Shown here: piece by piece, positions 9,346-19,057 of the stretch
Layout: each line of letters opens with the position of its first letter
Numbering within the stretch: the stretch's first letter is position 1
NCBI GenBank assembly: GCA_002688775.1
Contig: NZDH01000016.1
Coordinates: 1-63,544 of the forward strand
Direction of reading: 5' to 3'
DNA: 63,544 nt
Source: Candidatus Woesearchaeota archaeon
GTDB lineage: Archaea; Nanobdellota; Nanobdellia; Woesearchaeales; GW2011-AR4
Notes under the pieces: generated by a model
Database searches by the model: none
Seen by the model: the letters and a program-made list of their open reading frames with translations, nothing else
Told to the model about the DNA's origin: nothing
Made by a program: the position numbers and the translations under genes

Positions 9346-9774
9346 ATGGTTTATGCAGTCCAAAGAATAATGGTAAAAAAGGTCGTGACCTGTGATGTTA
9401 AGGATACTATACAATCTGTTGCGAGAACTATGCGCAAGAAAAAGATTGGGTGCTTAATTGTCCTAAAGGGTAAAAATCCTGTTGGAATTGTCACTGAGAG
9501 AGATGTGGCCTGGGAGGGTGTGGCTAATAATTTAAATTGCTGCATAATAAATGTAAAAGAAATCATGAGTTCGCCTTTGAAATCAATCAGCCCTGACGCG
9601 GATATCTATTATGCGGATGCTGTAATGGAAAAGAACAACATCAAAAGATTGGCTGTCATGAAGGGGAAAAAGCTTGTCGGAATCATAACCCAAAGTGATA
9701 TGATTAAGTATTTTGTGAAGCAAAGACAGGCACTTGCCCTTGACAAATTCAAGAAAGGCATTAAATCTGTATAA
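9346..9774 (+). CDS. CBS-domain pair protein
   Basis: 142 aa with two CBS repeats (...GIVTERDV... and ...GIITQSDMIKY...). Confidence 0.8.
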   Translation: MVYAVQRIMVKKVVTCDVKDTIQSVARTMRKKKIGCLIVLKGKNPVGIVTERDVAWEGVANNLNCCIINVKEIMSSPLKSISPDADIYYADAVMEKNNIKRLAVMKGKKLVGIITQSDMIKYFVKQRQALALDKFKKGIKSV

Positions 9775-9796
9775 TTAATCTAAACCGGGTGAAATT

Positions 9797-10351
9797 TTGG
9801 TAAAACTAGACTTAGAGTCAATAAAAAATAATGATCTGGTATTTATTGTTGTTCCAAGCGAATTAGTGTAGCAGACAAATTTTCAAGTTTTAAAGTACAT
9901 TTCCGACACAAAAAAACCAGTATTTGTGTACACAACTTTTACCAAACCCTATATGACTGTAACCAAGATATTGGAAAGAAACAACATCAAAACTGATAAG
10001 ATGTTCTTTATTGATTGTGCAACACCTGTAGCCGGGAGGACGGAAATGCATGGAACAAGCAAAAGTCTTTTTTGCCAGCCGCAATCACTTACTAATATTT
10101 CTATCGCTATCGGACATGCTCTTGAAAGCATACCTAAAGGCAATGATAAAGTGCTTATATTAGACTCGCTAACTACACTAATGCTATACAACAGTGAGAA
10201 GAATGTAATTCAATTTATACACAGCCTTAGCGGAAAGGCCAGGGCATGGAATGTTAAATCCATCATTTATAGTGTAGTTGAAGATACGGACAAGAAAACT
10301 ATTTCAGAAATCTCTCAATTCTGCGATACTTGCATAAGGATAAAGGAGTAG
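9797..10351 (+). pseudogene. RecA/KaiC-superfamily-like (Walker-A-less) protein interrupted by an in-frame TAG at 9869-9871. The intact ORF is 9926-10351.
   Basis: The same frame reads (L)VKLDLESIKNNDLVFIVVPSELV*QTNFQVLKYISDTKKPVFVYTTFTKPY... continuously across the stop. The C-terminal part (VLILDSLTTLMLYN...) looks like KaiC/RadB-type domains. Confidence 0.5.
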
Positions 10352-10395
10352 GTTACTTATAAAGATTTAAAAACTACCTCAAATATCCAGATATT

Positions 10396-13110
10396 ATGAG
10401 AAAGAATTGGATGCTAAGATTTGGTTTGACTGTTATAATCCTGCTGATATTCTCTATAACCAGTTTAGCCAGGATATATACTAATTTCTTATGGTTTGAT
10501 GCACTTGGTTTTAAGGAGATTTTTTTAATAAGCCTGTTTTCTAAAATTAACTTGTTTGCTGCAGCATTTTTTATATTCTTTTTGTTTGCTATCATTAATC
10601 TATGGATATCATCAAAAATCACCGGGAAAGACAAGTTTCCTTTCAAATTTAAGCTGTACATCACTTTAATAATATCTGTATTGGTTGGTCTTGTTGTCTC
10701 TTCAGGATGGTTTAAGATTCTTCAGTATCTTAAGCAAACACCATTTAATTTAACTGATCCAATTTTTGCAAAAGATGTGTCGTTCTATATATTTACACTT
10801 CCTTTTTATTCATTTATCCTGGGTTTTTTGATGAGCTGTGTTGTTCTCACGATAATCCTAGTCCTGTTAGACTATCTAAAATCATATTTTGGCCAATTTG
10901 TTAAGCAGGAATTTATTAAACCAAACCCGCTGGATTCCGCAACGACTGCCAGGCCAGTATTCGATTTCAAGATATTGTTGTCAAAGACCAAAGCAATAGC
11001 ACACCTGGGGATATTATCTTCGATATTTTTTATATTGGTGGCCGGTAAACATTATCTTTCAAGATTTTCAATAATGTACTCCCAACAAGGAATTGTTGTA
11101 GGGGCTGGTTACTCTGATGTTGTTGCGTATCTGCCAATAATCAAGATCCTGATGGTGCTGGCCGTTGTTGTGGCAATAGCGCTTCTGGTCTGGGTATTTT
11201 ATTTATCAAGAAAATTAAGAAAAAGGCACATCTTGTTTTATGTTGTATTCATTTACATTTTGTTTGGATTTGTCGGGCCAACTATAATTCCTGGTATTGT
11301 GCAGTCCCTGAAAGTCTCGCCTAATGAGATAAACCTTGAAAAGCCTTATATTGAGGACAACATACGATTTACCAGGATAGCTTATGGCCTGGAAAATGTT
11401 GAGGAGAAAGATTTTTCTGCCGATGAAAAACTGACTTCTGCAATCCTGGGCACAGCTTCTGAAACCATAGATAATATAAGAATACTGGATTGGAGGCCGT
11501 TAACTAAAACATACAAGCAAACGCAGGAGATAAGGCTGTATTATGACCTGGCGGGCATAGACATTGACAGGTATGAAATTGATGGAAAATATACTCAAGT
11601 AATGTTAGCTCCAAGAGAATTGGACCAAAACCAGATAACTGAGAATGCAAAAACCTGGGTAAACCTGCACATGGTATACACTCATGGTTTTGGAGTGGTG
11701 ATGAGCCCTGTTAACAAGGTCACAAAGCAAGGCTTGCCTGACTATCTTATCCAGGACATCCCACCAAAGTATGCTACTGATGAGGTGGGTTTGAAAATTT
11801 CGAAACCACGAGTATATTATGGAGAAACAGACAATGATTTCGTGCTGGTCAACACAAAAACCAAAGAGTTTGATTTTCCCAAAGGGAATACAAATGAATA
11901 TATCAATTATGATGGAAAGGGGGGTATTTTGCTGGATACTTTCCTGAAAAAATTGTCAATGGCCATAAAGTTTGCAGACGTTAAAATCTTATTGTCTTCT
12001 GATATAACACAAGAGACTAAAATAATGTTTGACAGGGATATTATTGAGAGAATATCAAAAATCACGCCATTTATCAGTTTGGACAGCGATCCTTATGTGG
12101 TAATCTACAACGGCCGTCTGGTATGGATTGCGGATGCATACACTATTTCAGGAAACTTTCCTTATTCTGAGAAGCTTAGCAATATAAATTATATAAGGAA
12201 CTCCTTAAAAATTGTTGTTGATGCTTATGACGGCAAGGTAACTTACTATATTACTGATACTTCTGGTCCTTTAATGGATACCTATGCTAAAATATTCCCT
12301 AACAAGTTTAAGAAGATAAGCAGCATGCCGGAAGGTTTGAGAAAGCACATAAGGTATCCAGTAGACTTATTCAATATACAGACCCATATTTACAGCACAT
12401 ATCACATGGAAGATGTCAAGGTCTTTTACAATAAGGAAGATGCCTGGCAAATTCCGAGTGAAGTTTACGGTGTCGGGCGAAAAGTTAAGGTAGATCCTTA
12501 TTATATAATCATGAAACTTCCCGGTGAGAATAAGGAAGAATTTGTGCTGATGACCTCTTTCTCCCCAATAAAGAAAGACAACATGGTGGCATGGATGGCT
12601 GCACGGTCTGATGGGGACGATTATGGAAAACTTGTAGTATATAAATTTCCAAAAGACAAGCTGGTTTATGGTCCCCTCCAGATTGAAGCAAGGATCGACC
12701 AGGATTCAGAGATTTCACAGCAGCTTACTTTGTGGAGCCAGCAAGGCTCACGGGTTACAAGGGGGAATCTGCTTGTAATACCAATAATGGACAGCATTCT
12801 TTACATAGAACCACTTTACATAGAAGCAGAAACCGGCCAATTACCGGAGCTAAAACGAGTTTTGGTATCTGATGGTATCAATGTTGTGATGGAAGAGAAT
12901 TTAGGTGAAGCACTTGAAGTTTTGTTTGGAAAATCCAAGAGAATAGTTGTTGCTGAAAAAGGAGTGGAAAAATCTGCAAAAGAGCTTATCGAATCTGCGC
13001 AGGACTATTACAATGACATTGAAGAATCAATGCGTAAAGGTGATTGGGAAGGTATTGGTTCTAATTTGGATAAATTGGGCAGTGTTCTAGAGAGTTTGAA
13101 AGAATCTTAG
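10396..13110 (+). CDS. UPF0182-family large membrane protein
   Basis: 904 aa. N-terminal multi-TM region with YTNFLWFDALGF, followed by a large soluble domain. Size and architecture fit UPF0182/COG1615. Confidence 0.7.
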   Translation: MRKNWMLRFGLTVIILLIFSITSLARIYTNFLWFDALGFKEIFLISLFSKINLFAAAFFIFFLFAIINLWISSKITGKDKFPFKFKLYITLIISVLVGLVVSSGWFKILQYLKQTPFNLTDPIFAKDVSFYIFTLPFYSFILGFLMSCVVLTIILVLLDYLKSYFGQFVKQEFIKPNPLDSATTARPVFDFKILLSKTKAIAHLGILSSIFFILVAGKHYLSRFSIMYSQQGIVVGAGYSDVVAYLPIIKILMVLAVVVAIALLVWVFYLSRKLRKRHILFYVVFIYILFGFVGPTIIPGIVQSLKVSPNEINLEKPYIEDNIRFTRIAYGLENVEEKDFSADEKLTSAILGTASETIDNIRILDWRPLTKTYKQTQEIRLYYDLAGIDIDRYEIDGKYTQVMLAPRELDQNQITENAKTWVNLHMVYTHGFGVVMSPVNKVTKQGLPDYLIQDIPPKYATDEVGLKISKPRVYYGETDNDFVLVNTKTKEFDFPKGNTNEYINYDGKGGILLDTFLKKLSMAIKFADVKILLSSDITQETKIMFDRDIIERISKITPFISLDSDPYVVIYNGRLVWIADAYTISGNFPYSEKLSNINYIRNSLKIVVDAYDGKVTYYITDTSGPLMDTYAKIFPNKFKKISSMPEGLRKHIRYPVDLFNIQTHIYSTYHMEDVKVFYNKEDAWQIPSEVYGVGRKVKVDPYYIIMKLPGENKEEFVLMTSFSPIKKDNMVAWMAARSDGDDYGKLVVYKFPKDKLVYGPLQIEARIDQDSEISQQLTLWSQQGSRVTRGNLLVIPIMDSILYIEPLYIEAETGQLPELKRVLVSDGINVVMEENLGEALEVLFGKSKRIVVAEKGVEKSAKELIESAQDYYNDIEESMRKGDWEGIGSNLDKLGSVLESLKES

Positions 13111-13185
13111 AAGTTTATGGATTTTTGCATAAGGAGTAGCTTAATTCTGCTTTGAGGATTGAGTTATTTAAAAGATTGTGAGAAT

Positions 13186-13515
13186 TTAATGTTTTAGAAC
13201 TATTTCTTTCCTTTTACCGGTGTTATTCATTGCTTCGGCAATAAGGGTTTTTTCCAATTCAATTATTTTTTGCGCGACTGGATTTTTAGTGTTTAATGTG
13301 TATAGTTTTGTTTTACCAAAACTCCTTGTTACTTTTACAATTCCGTGCTTTTCTATCTCTTCCCAATAATTGAATAAAGAGGCCCTTGATATGTCTGCGC
13401 CTTTTGAAATGTCTAACTTGCTGAAATCCATGCCTTTATTGTCTAATAGAAAGTCAATTATCTTAAATAAAGGCATTTCTCCAGTTAACCTTACTAGTAA
13501 TGATTTTTCTCCCAT
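13186..13515 (-). CDS. Winged-helix transcriptional regulator (paralogue of 31501-31830)
   Basis: 109 aa. IIDFLLDNKGMDFSKLDISKGADISRASLFNYWEEIEKHGIV...KLYTLN aligns along its length with the 31501-31830 product. Confidence 0.6.
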   Translation of the reverse strand: MGEKSLLVRLTGEMPLFKIIDFLLDNKGMDFSKLDISKGADISRASLFNYWEEIEKHGIVKVTRSFGKTKLYTLNTKNPVAQKIIELEKTLIAEAMNNTGKRKEIVLKH

Positions 13516-13579
13516 AACACTTAATTAAAAGCAAAAGTATATAAATCTTGTCATTCAAAGTCTATTTTGGTGGACTTTT

Positions 13580-13846
13580 GTGTGGACAGATGAACAGATT
13601 AAAGGTAAAATACTCCATAAATTAACCCGTAAAGGCAAGTTTGAGCATAGTCATACTGCTTTAGACAACCTACCAAAAGGCTTCCCACCGGATTTGAAAG
13701 GACAAGCAAAAGAAATGTCTCACGAACTGATAAAGGAAAACATCCTGTACCTGAAAAAAACAAGTTATGGAAAACAGGTTTCTATTAATCTGGAGAAAAA
13801 AGATCAAATAATGAAGTATATTGATGAATTTTTGAAGATGGAATAA
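13580..13846 (+). CDS. 88-aa conserved hypothetical protein (paralogue of 31939-32205), divergent from the regulator
   Basis: GTG start. IKGKILHKLTRKGKFEHSHTALDNLPKGFPPDLKG... aligns with IKKRVINKLVRWRKWGGSHTENILKGLPSHLKG... Both products are 88 aa. Confidence 0.5.
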   Translation: MWTDEQIKGKILHKLTRKGKFEHSHTALDNLPKGFPPDLKGQAKEMSHELIKENILYLKKTSYGKQVSINLEKKDQIMKYIDEFLKME

Positions 13847-13883
13847 ACAAAAAGTTCGCCATAACTGTGTTAAATGAACTTTT

Positions 13884-15776
13884 CTACTTAACCCTAATAG
13901 TCTCCAGATTCCTTGGTGCTACTGTCTCGATTCTGAAACCTTTGTGCATAGAACTGGCTAAATCCAGGCATCTTGAGTTTTCGCCGTGGTTTACAATCAC
14001 TTTTTTAGGGCGAGGATCGCATTTTGCAACGAAATTCATCAATTGGTTTCTTGAAGAATGGCCTGAGAATCCTTCGACAGTGTGAACATGCATTTTGATT
14101 TGGAGCATTTCTTGCTTGCCGCCATCAGAAAATGTGAATTCTCTTTCGCCTTGCTGTATCCTTTTGCCCATTGAGCCTTCTCCTTGATAATTTACAAATC
14201 CGATTGAGTTCTTTGGGTTGTCGCAAAGACGTTTTAAGTATTCAACTGACGGGCCGCCTGTCAACATACCTGAGGTAGCCAGGATTACGCATGGCCCTGT
14301 ATCTTCAATTATTGCCATCCTTTCTTTTTGAGAGCCAACTCTTTTGAAAATTTCATGCAGGAATGGGTTTTGGTCCTTGTGAAAAATTAGTTTTCTTATT
14401 GAATTATTCAAATATTCTGGATAAGCTGTGTGAATGGCTGTAACATCCCACACCATCCCATCAATGTAAACAGGGACCGGTTCCATTCTGCCTTCCCTTA
14501 CCATTGCTTCAATTGCAAGCATAACTTCCTGGGATCTTCCAACTCCTAATGTTGGTATGAGAACTTTTCCGCCTCTTTTAATCGTGTCCCTTATTACTGT
14601 CATCAATTCTTCATCAGTTTCCTGCCTGTGGGGCATGACATTTTCTTTTCCTCCATAAGTTGCTTCCAGCATTAATGTTTCAAGCCGTGGAAATTGGGTT
14701 ACAGCCGGTTCCAGCAACAAAGTCCTGCCATATTTTTGGTCGCCACTGTACAAAATGTTATGAAGTCCGTTTCCAACATGCAGATGAACCATTGCACTGC
14801 CTAAAATATGGCCTGCATTGTACAAAGTGATCCTTACATCCGGAGTTATGTCGCTGACTTCATCGTACTCAAGAGTGATTGTATGCTTCATCATCTCCTT
14901 GATATCGTCTGTTGAGTAAACTGGCTCTTGTCCTTCTGCTCTTTGTATTTTTATGAAATCTAACATCAGCAATGCGGAAACATCCCGTGTTGGTTCAGTG
15001 CAATAAACAGGGCCCCTGTAGCCAAATTTAAACAAATAAGGAATAAATGCGCAATGATCAACGTGAGCGTGGCTTAGAACAACAGCATCCAGATCATTGA
15101 TGTTGAATTCAGGAGCTTCCAAGTGAGGATACGGTTTCTCGTCCGAAGCGACGTTTATTCCACAATCCAATAGAACTCTTGATTCTGGTGTCTGCAGAAA
15201 AATGCAGCTTCTGCCTACTTGCCTCCCGCTTCCCAGGTAAGTCATCCTGACCCATTCATTTTTCTTTTCTCTTCTCCAGCCGTCGTAAATTCTATGCCCT
15301 ACTTTATCCAGGAATTTTCTTCTGTAATCGCTGTTTTGATAAAGAACTGCCCTGATGTTTTCTATTAATTTTGACCTTATTGCCGGCTTTCTTCTGATCA
15401 GAGGCACCCATAAAGTCTGGGTTCTTATGTCTCTCAGGATCGCCCCTTGCTTTCCGATCGCCAATCCTGGTTTGTCTGCTTCAATTATTACCCTGCTTCT
15501 TTGAGGATCAAAAATGACTTGATCAACGCCTGCTTCTTCCGGAATAATCGACCTAATGATCTTTTCACCTTCTTCCAAATCCATTGTAATGCTGGGATCC
15601 GGCCTCAATTCAACCCGCTTTTTAATGTTATCAACAATTCTCTTTATCATTCCGTTGTTGTTTAAGAAAAAGTCCTTGTCTTTTGTGTACAGGACTATAT
15701 TAGCGCCTTCAAAGTTAATGTCACTAATCCTTTTCTCTGGAAGATTCTTTAGAATTTCCTTTGTAATGTCTGCCAT
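13884..15776 (-). CDS. aCPSF1: aCPSF1 (beta-CASP/metallo-beta-lactamase ribonuclease with N-terminal KH domains; archaeal termination factor family)
   Basis: 630 aa. KH-like N-terminus, HAHVDH motif, beta-CASP region, C-terminus VNHGE. Confidence 0.9.
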   Translation of the reverse strand: MADITKEILKNLPEKRISDINFEGANIVLYTKDKDFFLNNNGMIKRIVDNIKKRVELRPDPSITMDLEEGEKIIRSIIPEEAGVDQVIFDPQRSRVIIEADKPGLAIGKQGAILRDIRTQTLWVPLIRRKPAIRSKLIENIRAVLYQNSDYRRKFLDKVGHRIYDGWRREKKNEWVRMTYLGSGRQVGRSCIFLQTPESRVLLDCGINVASDEKPYPHLEAPEFNINDLDAVVLSHAHVDHCAFIPYLFKFGYRGPVYCTEPTRDVSALLMLDFIKIQRAEGQEPVYSTDDIKEMMKHTITLEYDEVSDITPDVRITLYNAGHILGSAMVHLHVGNGLHNILYSGDQKYGRTLLLEPAVTQFPRLETLMLEATYGGKENVMPHRQETDEELMTVIRDTIKRGGKVLIPTLGVGRSQEVMLAIEAMVREGRMEPVPVYIDGMVWDVTAIHTAYPEYLNNSIRKLIFHKDQNPFLHEIFKRVGSQKERMAIIEDTGPCVILATSGMLTGGPSVEYLKRLCDNPKNSIGFVNYQGEGSMGKRIQQGEREFTFSDGGKQEMLQIKMHVHTVEGFSGHSSRNQLMNFVAKCDPRPKKVIVNHGENSRCLDLASSMHKGFRIETVAPRNLETIRVK

Positions 15777-16073
15777 TTTATTTAGAATATTTTATTTTAA
15801 TTTTTGTTTAATTAATTTTGATTTATTATTGGATTATTTTTTAGTTTTTGATTGATTTTTATCTTATTGAGCTTTAGTATTGAAAATTAGCCGCAAACAC
15901 ATTAACGATTTAGTAAGTCCCCCGTAATGAATTATTTGTTACTTTTTACTTATGTAATGTACTTATTTCATTTTAACAATGAAAATATTTTTTAAAATAA
16001 AACCAACTCTTGATTACAATAAAAACTTTTTTCAAAAATAATTTTTCTTATTATTGCAGCAATTTTAGAATGC

Positions 16074-16712
16074 TTATGCTTCAAGTTTGTATGAAATCTC
16101 CTTGGATACTGCTTTTTTAACCCCATCTTTAGTTATTGTCAGAATATCCATGCCGTTTCCAGAAGCAATATCTCTCTGAACAGCTGCGTTGATCCCTTTT
16201 GCAGCCAGCTTTACGCCTTCATCAACGCTTAGTCCTTTCTTATACAAAGTTTCTAAAACCCCAAATACCATTACAGAGCCTGAACCTGAAGAAATATAAT
16301 CATCAACCTCGACAATTGAGCCGTCAGGACTTAAATCATAAAGATGAAATCCGGTTGAATCTTTGCCACCTATTATAAAATGAGATATTCCCGGCAAAAC
16401 GCTGAATTTTCTGATATTGTTGTATACAAAGTTTGCAAGCAAGTTTGCTCCTTCTTTTACGCTTGTCTCTCTGCCTGTCCTTATGTCTTTTAATTTCAGC
16501 TCTGCCTTAAGGTATTTTGTCAATAATTGAACATCAGAGACGCTGCCTGCAACCGTAACAGCTATGTTTTTTGTTATAGGCACTATCTTGTCAAACTTTT
16601 TCCATGCTATCAAGTATCCGGAAGTAGCTCGTTTATCCGCAGCTAGAACCAAGCCGTCTTTGCACACTAAACCTATTGTTGTCGTGCCTGTTTTTGTTTC
16701 ATTACTATCCAT
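16074..16712 (-). CDS. psmB: Proteasome subunit beta
   Basis: 212 aa. Propeptide followed by TTTIGLVCKDGLVLAADKRATSG. Confidence 0.9.
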   Translation of the reverse strand: MDSNETKTGTTTIGLVCKDGLVLAADKRATSGYLIAWKKFDKIVPITKNIAVTVAGSVSDVQLLTKYLKAELKLKDIRTGRETSVKEGANLLANFVYNNIRKFSVLPGISHFIIGGKDSTGFHLYDLSPDGSIVEVDDYISSGSGSVMVFGVLETLYKKGLSVDEGVKLAAKGINAAVQRDIASGNGMDILTITKDGVKKAVSKEISYKLEA

Positions 16713-16784
16713 GCTTAAAACCCTTAAGAATATCTAATATTATGAGATAATAAAGTAGTATTTAAAGTTTTTGGTTAGTTAAGA

Positions 16785-17089
16785 TTAATGAGCAGCGCGT
16801 CTATCTCTAACTGCTATCTCTACTGCTTTATCTAATGTTATTTCTTGAGCGTCAGGATGCAATTTTCTAGTGTGTTCCGGTGTTATCGTATCTCTTCTAC
16901 GATATATCCCTATATATGCATCATCTAGAATGTACCCCCTTTTCCCTCCCACATCAAAGCAGGCCCTAATCTTACACTTAAATGGGGAGACCCTTCAAGG
17001 ATTAAGTTGACTAAATCATAATGACCAGAACTATCAACCTTTCCAGTGTAAACAAAATCTCTACGTTGCTCAAGTCTGGTGCTTGCCAT
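16785..17089 (-). pseudogene. About 101-aa compositionally foreign ORF split by a -1 frame change at a G5 run (plus-strand C5 at 16935-16939)
   Basis: Hand translation. MASTRLEQRRDFVYTGKVDSSGHYDLVNLILEGSPHLSVRLGPALMWEGKGG then TAG at 16925-16927. The -1 frame continues YILDDAYIGIYRRRDTITPEHTRKLHPDAQEITLDKAVEIAVRDRRAAH*. One extra G restores a 102-codon frame. Confidence 0.45.
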
Positions 17090-17096
17090 TTTCTGT

Positions 17097-17867
17097 TCAC
17101 TTCAAACTTTCAGCAAACAAAACGTCAACTGCGCTGACAAAGAAAGGGCTGTTGATCCAGATTGAAACTTCGTAATCCGGTGCGACGCTTACGTTTGAAA
17201 TCATGAAAATCATTTCTTTTCCGTCTATTGTCAAAAAGCTCGAGTTTGGATTGTATTCAATATGCTCGATATTTTGCAATTTCTTCATGACGTCCTTGTT
17301 ATAAGGGCTGTATAATCTTACTTTCATACCTTTTTTTCCGAAGTTTGGCATGAAGTTTTTCAATAATTTTGCAATTCTGTCAAGATGCTGCTGTGTTGCA
17401 ACAATCACAATGCTTGATTTCGCTTTAGGAATTACATCCTTTATGAACCTGTTAATGTTTGTTCTTCCAACGATTGATTTTGATATTGATGAAACGTCAA
17501 CATGCTTAACTCCTGTTTTATGCAAAAGTTCAAGTTCTTTGAATTCGCTTGTTTCTTTGATGTTGTCCATCTGTTTTTCTAATTCATCAGCATCTTCCGT
17601 GATGTTTTTCTTGACCCTGTCAAGAATTATTTCTGGTTTTACTGCAAGATATTTTATTGGCTTTCCAATTTTCATTATAATGAAGCCTTTTTTCTCCAAT
17701 GATTCAAGAACATCATAACATCTTGATCTTGGCACACCAGAAATATCCGCTAACTCGCCAGCAGAAGCTATCCCCCTGCTCAGCAAAGAAGTCCAAATTT
17801 TTACTTCGTAAATATTAAGCCTGAAGTGTTTCTTCAAATCCAGCAAAAATTGTTTTTCCTGTTGCAT
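17097..17867 (-). CDS. TrmB-family transcriptional regulator
   Basis: 256 aa. N-terminal HTH YEVKIWTSLLSRGIASAGELADISGVPRSRCYDVLESLEKKGF plus a TrmB-type C-terminal domain. Confidence 0.75.
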   Translation of the reverse strand: MQQEKQFLLDLKKHFRLNIYEVKIWTSLLSRGIASAGELADISGVPRSRCYDVLESLEKKGFIIMKIGKPIKYLAVKPEIILDRVKKNITEDADELEKQMDNIKETSEFKELELLHKTGVKHVDVSSISKSIVGRTNINRFIKDVIPKAKSSIVIVATQQHLDRIAKLLKNFMPNFGKKGMKVRLYSPYNKDVMKKLQNIEHIEYNPNSSFLTIDGKEMIFMISNVSVAPDYEVSIWINSPFFVSAVDVLFAESLK

Positions 17868-17977
17868 TTTTAACTAAAAGTATCGTGCATGTATATTTAA
17901 AGCTTTCTATTGAATAACTACTTTAAAGTGGTGTATCAAATATATTGAATAAAAATAAATTTAAAAAAAGAAAGAAA

Positions 17978-19057
17978 TTAATCCCTTCTTGCAAACAAAG
18001 TCACAAGCAAGATTATTCCTGCAATCACTGCGATTATCTCTATTGCTATGATTGAGATTACAAAAGCATTTCCCTTGAAGAATCCTTCCTGTGTTACTGT
18101 TGTACCAGGAGGCAAAGGAGGCTGTATTACAATTGTTGGTACTTCAGGAGTTGTTTTTGGAGGTGGAGTAACTACAACGACACTGTTGTCACCTTTTGAA
18201 TCTGTAGTACCACCTTGTTTAGTATCTGTTGTTCCGCAAGCATTAACAGTCAAAGTAACTGTATTCTCAACTTTTCTCCTGTTATTGTCGTATAAAGCCC
18301 TTACTGTTACTGGATAACTACCTGCTTCAATAGTACTTGGAACGTTAAATGAGTATATTTTTGAAAACTTGCTTTCATCTTCGAATGGCTCAGCTGTTAT
18401 CTCCTGCAGATCTTCCCTTATATCAACAGCCAACTCTGTGTTAAAAATATGCAAGTTTACATCGTCTTCATCTTCATTTCCTATATTGAGTAAACCTACA
18501 CTTAACTGGACATTCCTTCTGCTGCAAGAAACTGTGTTAGGGCTTAGTGAACTTCTTGTTAAGCTTAGTAAATGTGATTCCTTATCAACTTCAAGTGTTA
18601 ATGTAATTTCTCTTTCATGGTCTGTGCCGTTTTCATCTTCCCCATCAACACGGATTATAACCTGGAAATCATCTTCCTCAACTTCTAAAGGAATTTCAAA
18701 TTTCAGTGTACTTCTTTTGTCTCTGCCATGCCTTAGGTCAAAGTCTTTTGACGACTCTTCAAAATCATCTCCATCATCTATTTCCTCAATTGTAACTTCA
18801 ACTTCTACATTCTCTATTTTTAGATTTTCAGCGCTTGTAAAATTATTTTTTACTTCAACTCTAAATTCAATTGTGTCCCCAGGCTCTGCATCCCTGTCAA
18901 TCCTATCTCCATCTTTTACGTTTTTGTCAGACTTGCCGCCAACTTTTACATCAATATCGCTAAAAAGTAATTTTGAGCCAACAGCGTGGGCTACGCTCAT
19001 CAAGAAAATGAATATTACAAAACTTATTAACAATGATTTTAGCTTAATTTTAACCAC
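17978..19057 (-). CDS. Secreted, C-terminally anchored acidic surface protein (CARDB-like beta-sandwich repeats)
   Basis: 359 aa. N-terminal signal/TM segment, D/E-rich repeats, a Thr/Pro linker (VVVVTPPPKTTPEVPT...) and a C-terminal TM ending ARRD. Confidence 0.6.
   Translation of the reverse strand: MVKIKLKSLLISFVIFIFLMSVAHAVGSKLLFSDIDVKVGGKSDKNVKDGDRIDRDAEPGDTIEFRVEVKNNFTSAENLKIENVEVEVTIEEIDDGDDFEESSKDFDLRHGRDKRSTLKFEIPLEVEEDDFQVIIRVDGEDENGTDHEREITLTLEVDKESHLLSLTRSSLSPNTVSCSRRNVQLSVGLLNIGNEDEDDVNLHIFNTELAVDIREDLQEITAEPFEDESKFSKIYSFNVPSTIEAGSYPVTVRALYDNNRRKVENTVTLTVNACGTTDTKQGGTTDSKGDNSVVVVTPPPKTTPEVPTIVIQPPLPPGTTVTQEGFFKGNAFVISIIAIEIIAVIAGIILLVTLFARRD

Noticed and set aside
13867-14085. 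72-aa + strand ORF at the 3' end of aCPSF1
   Set aside because: It overlaps the conserved C-terminus of aCPSF1 on the opposite strand. There is no independent support.
15777-16073. 300-nt extremely AT-rich intergenic region considered as a replication origin or DUE
   Set aside because: I found no ORB or mini-ORB-like repeats, and no cdc6/orc1 gene nearby. It is most simply the aCPSF1 promoter plus the psmB terminator region.
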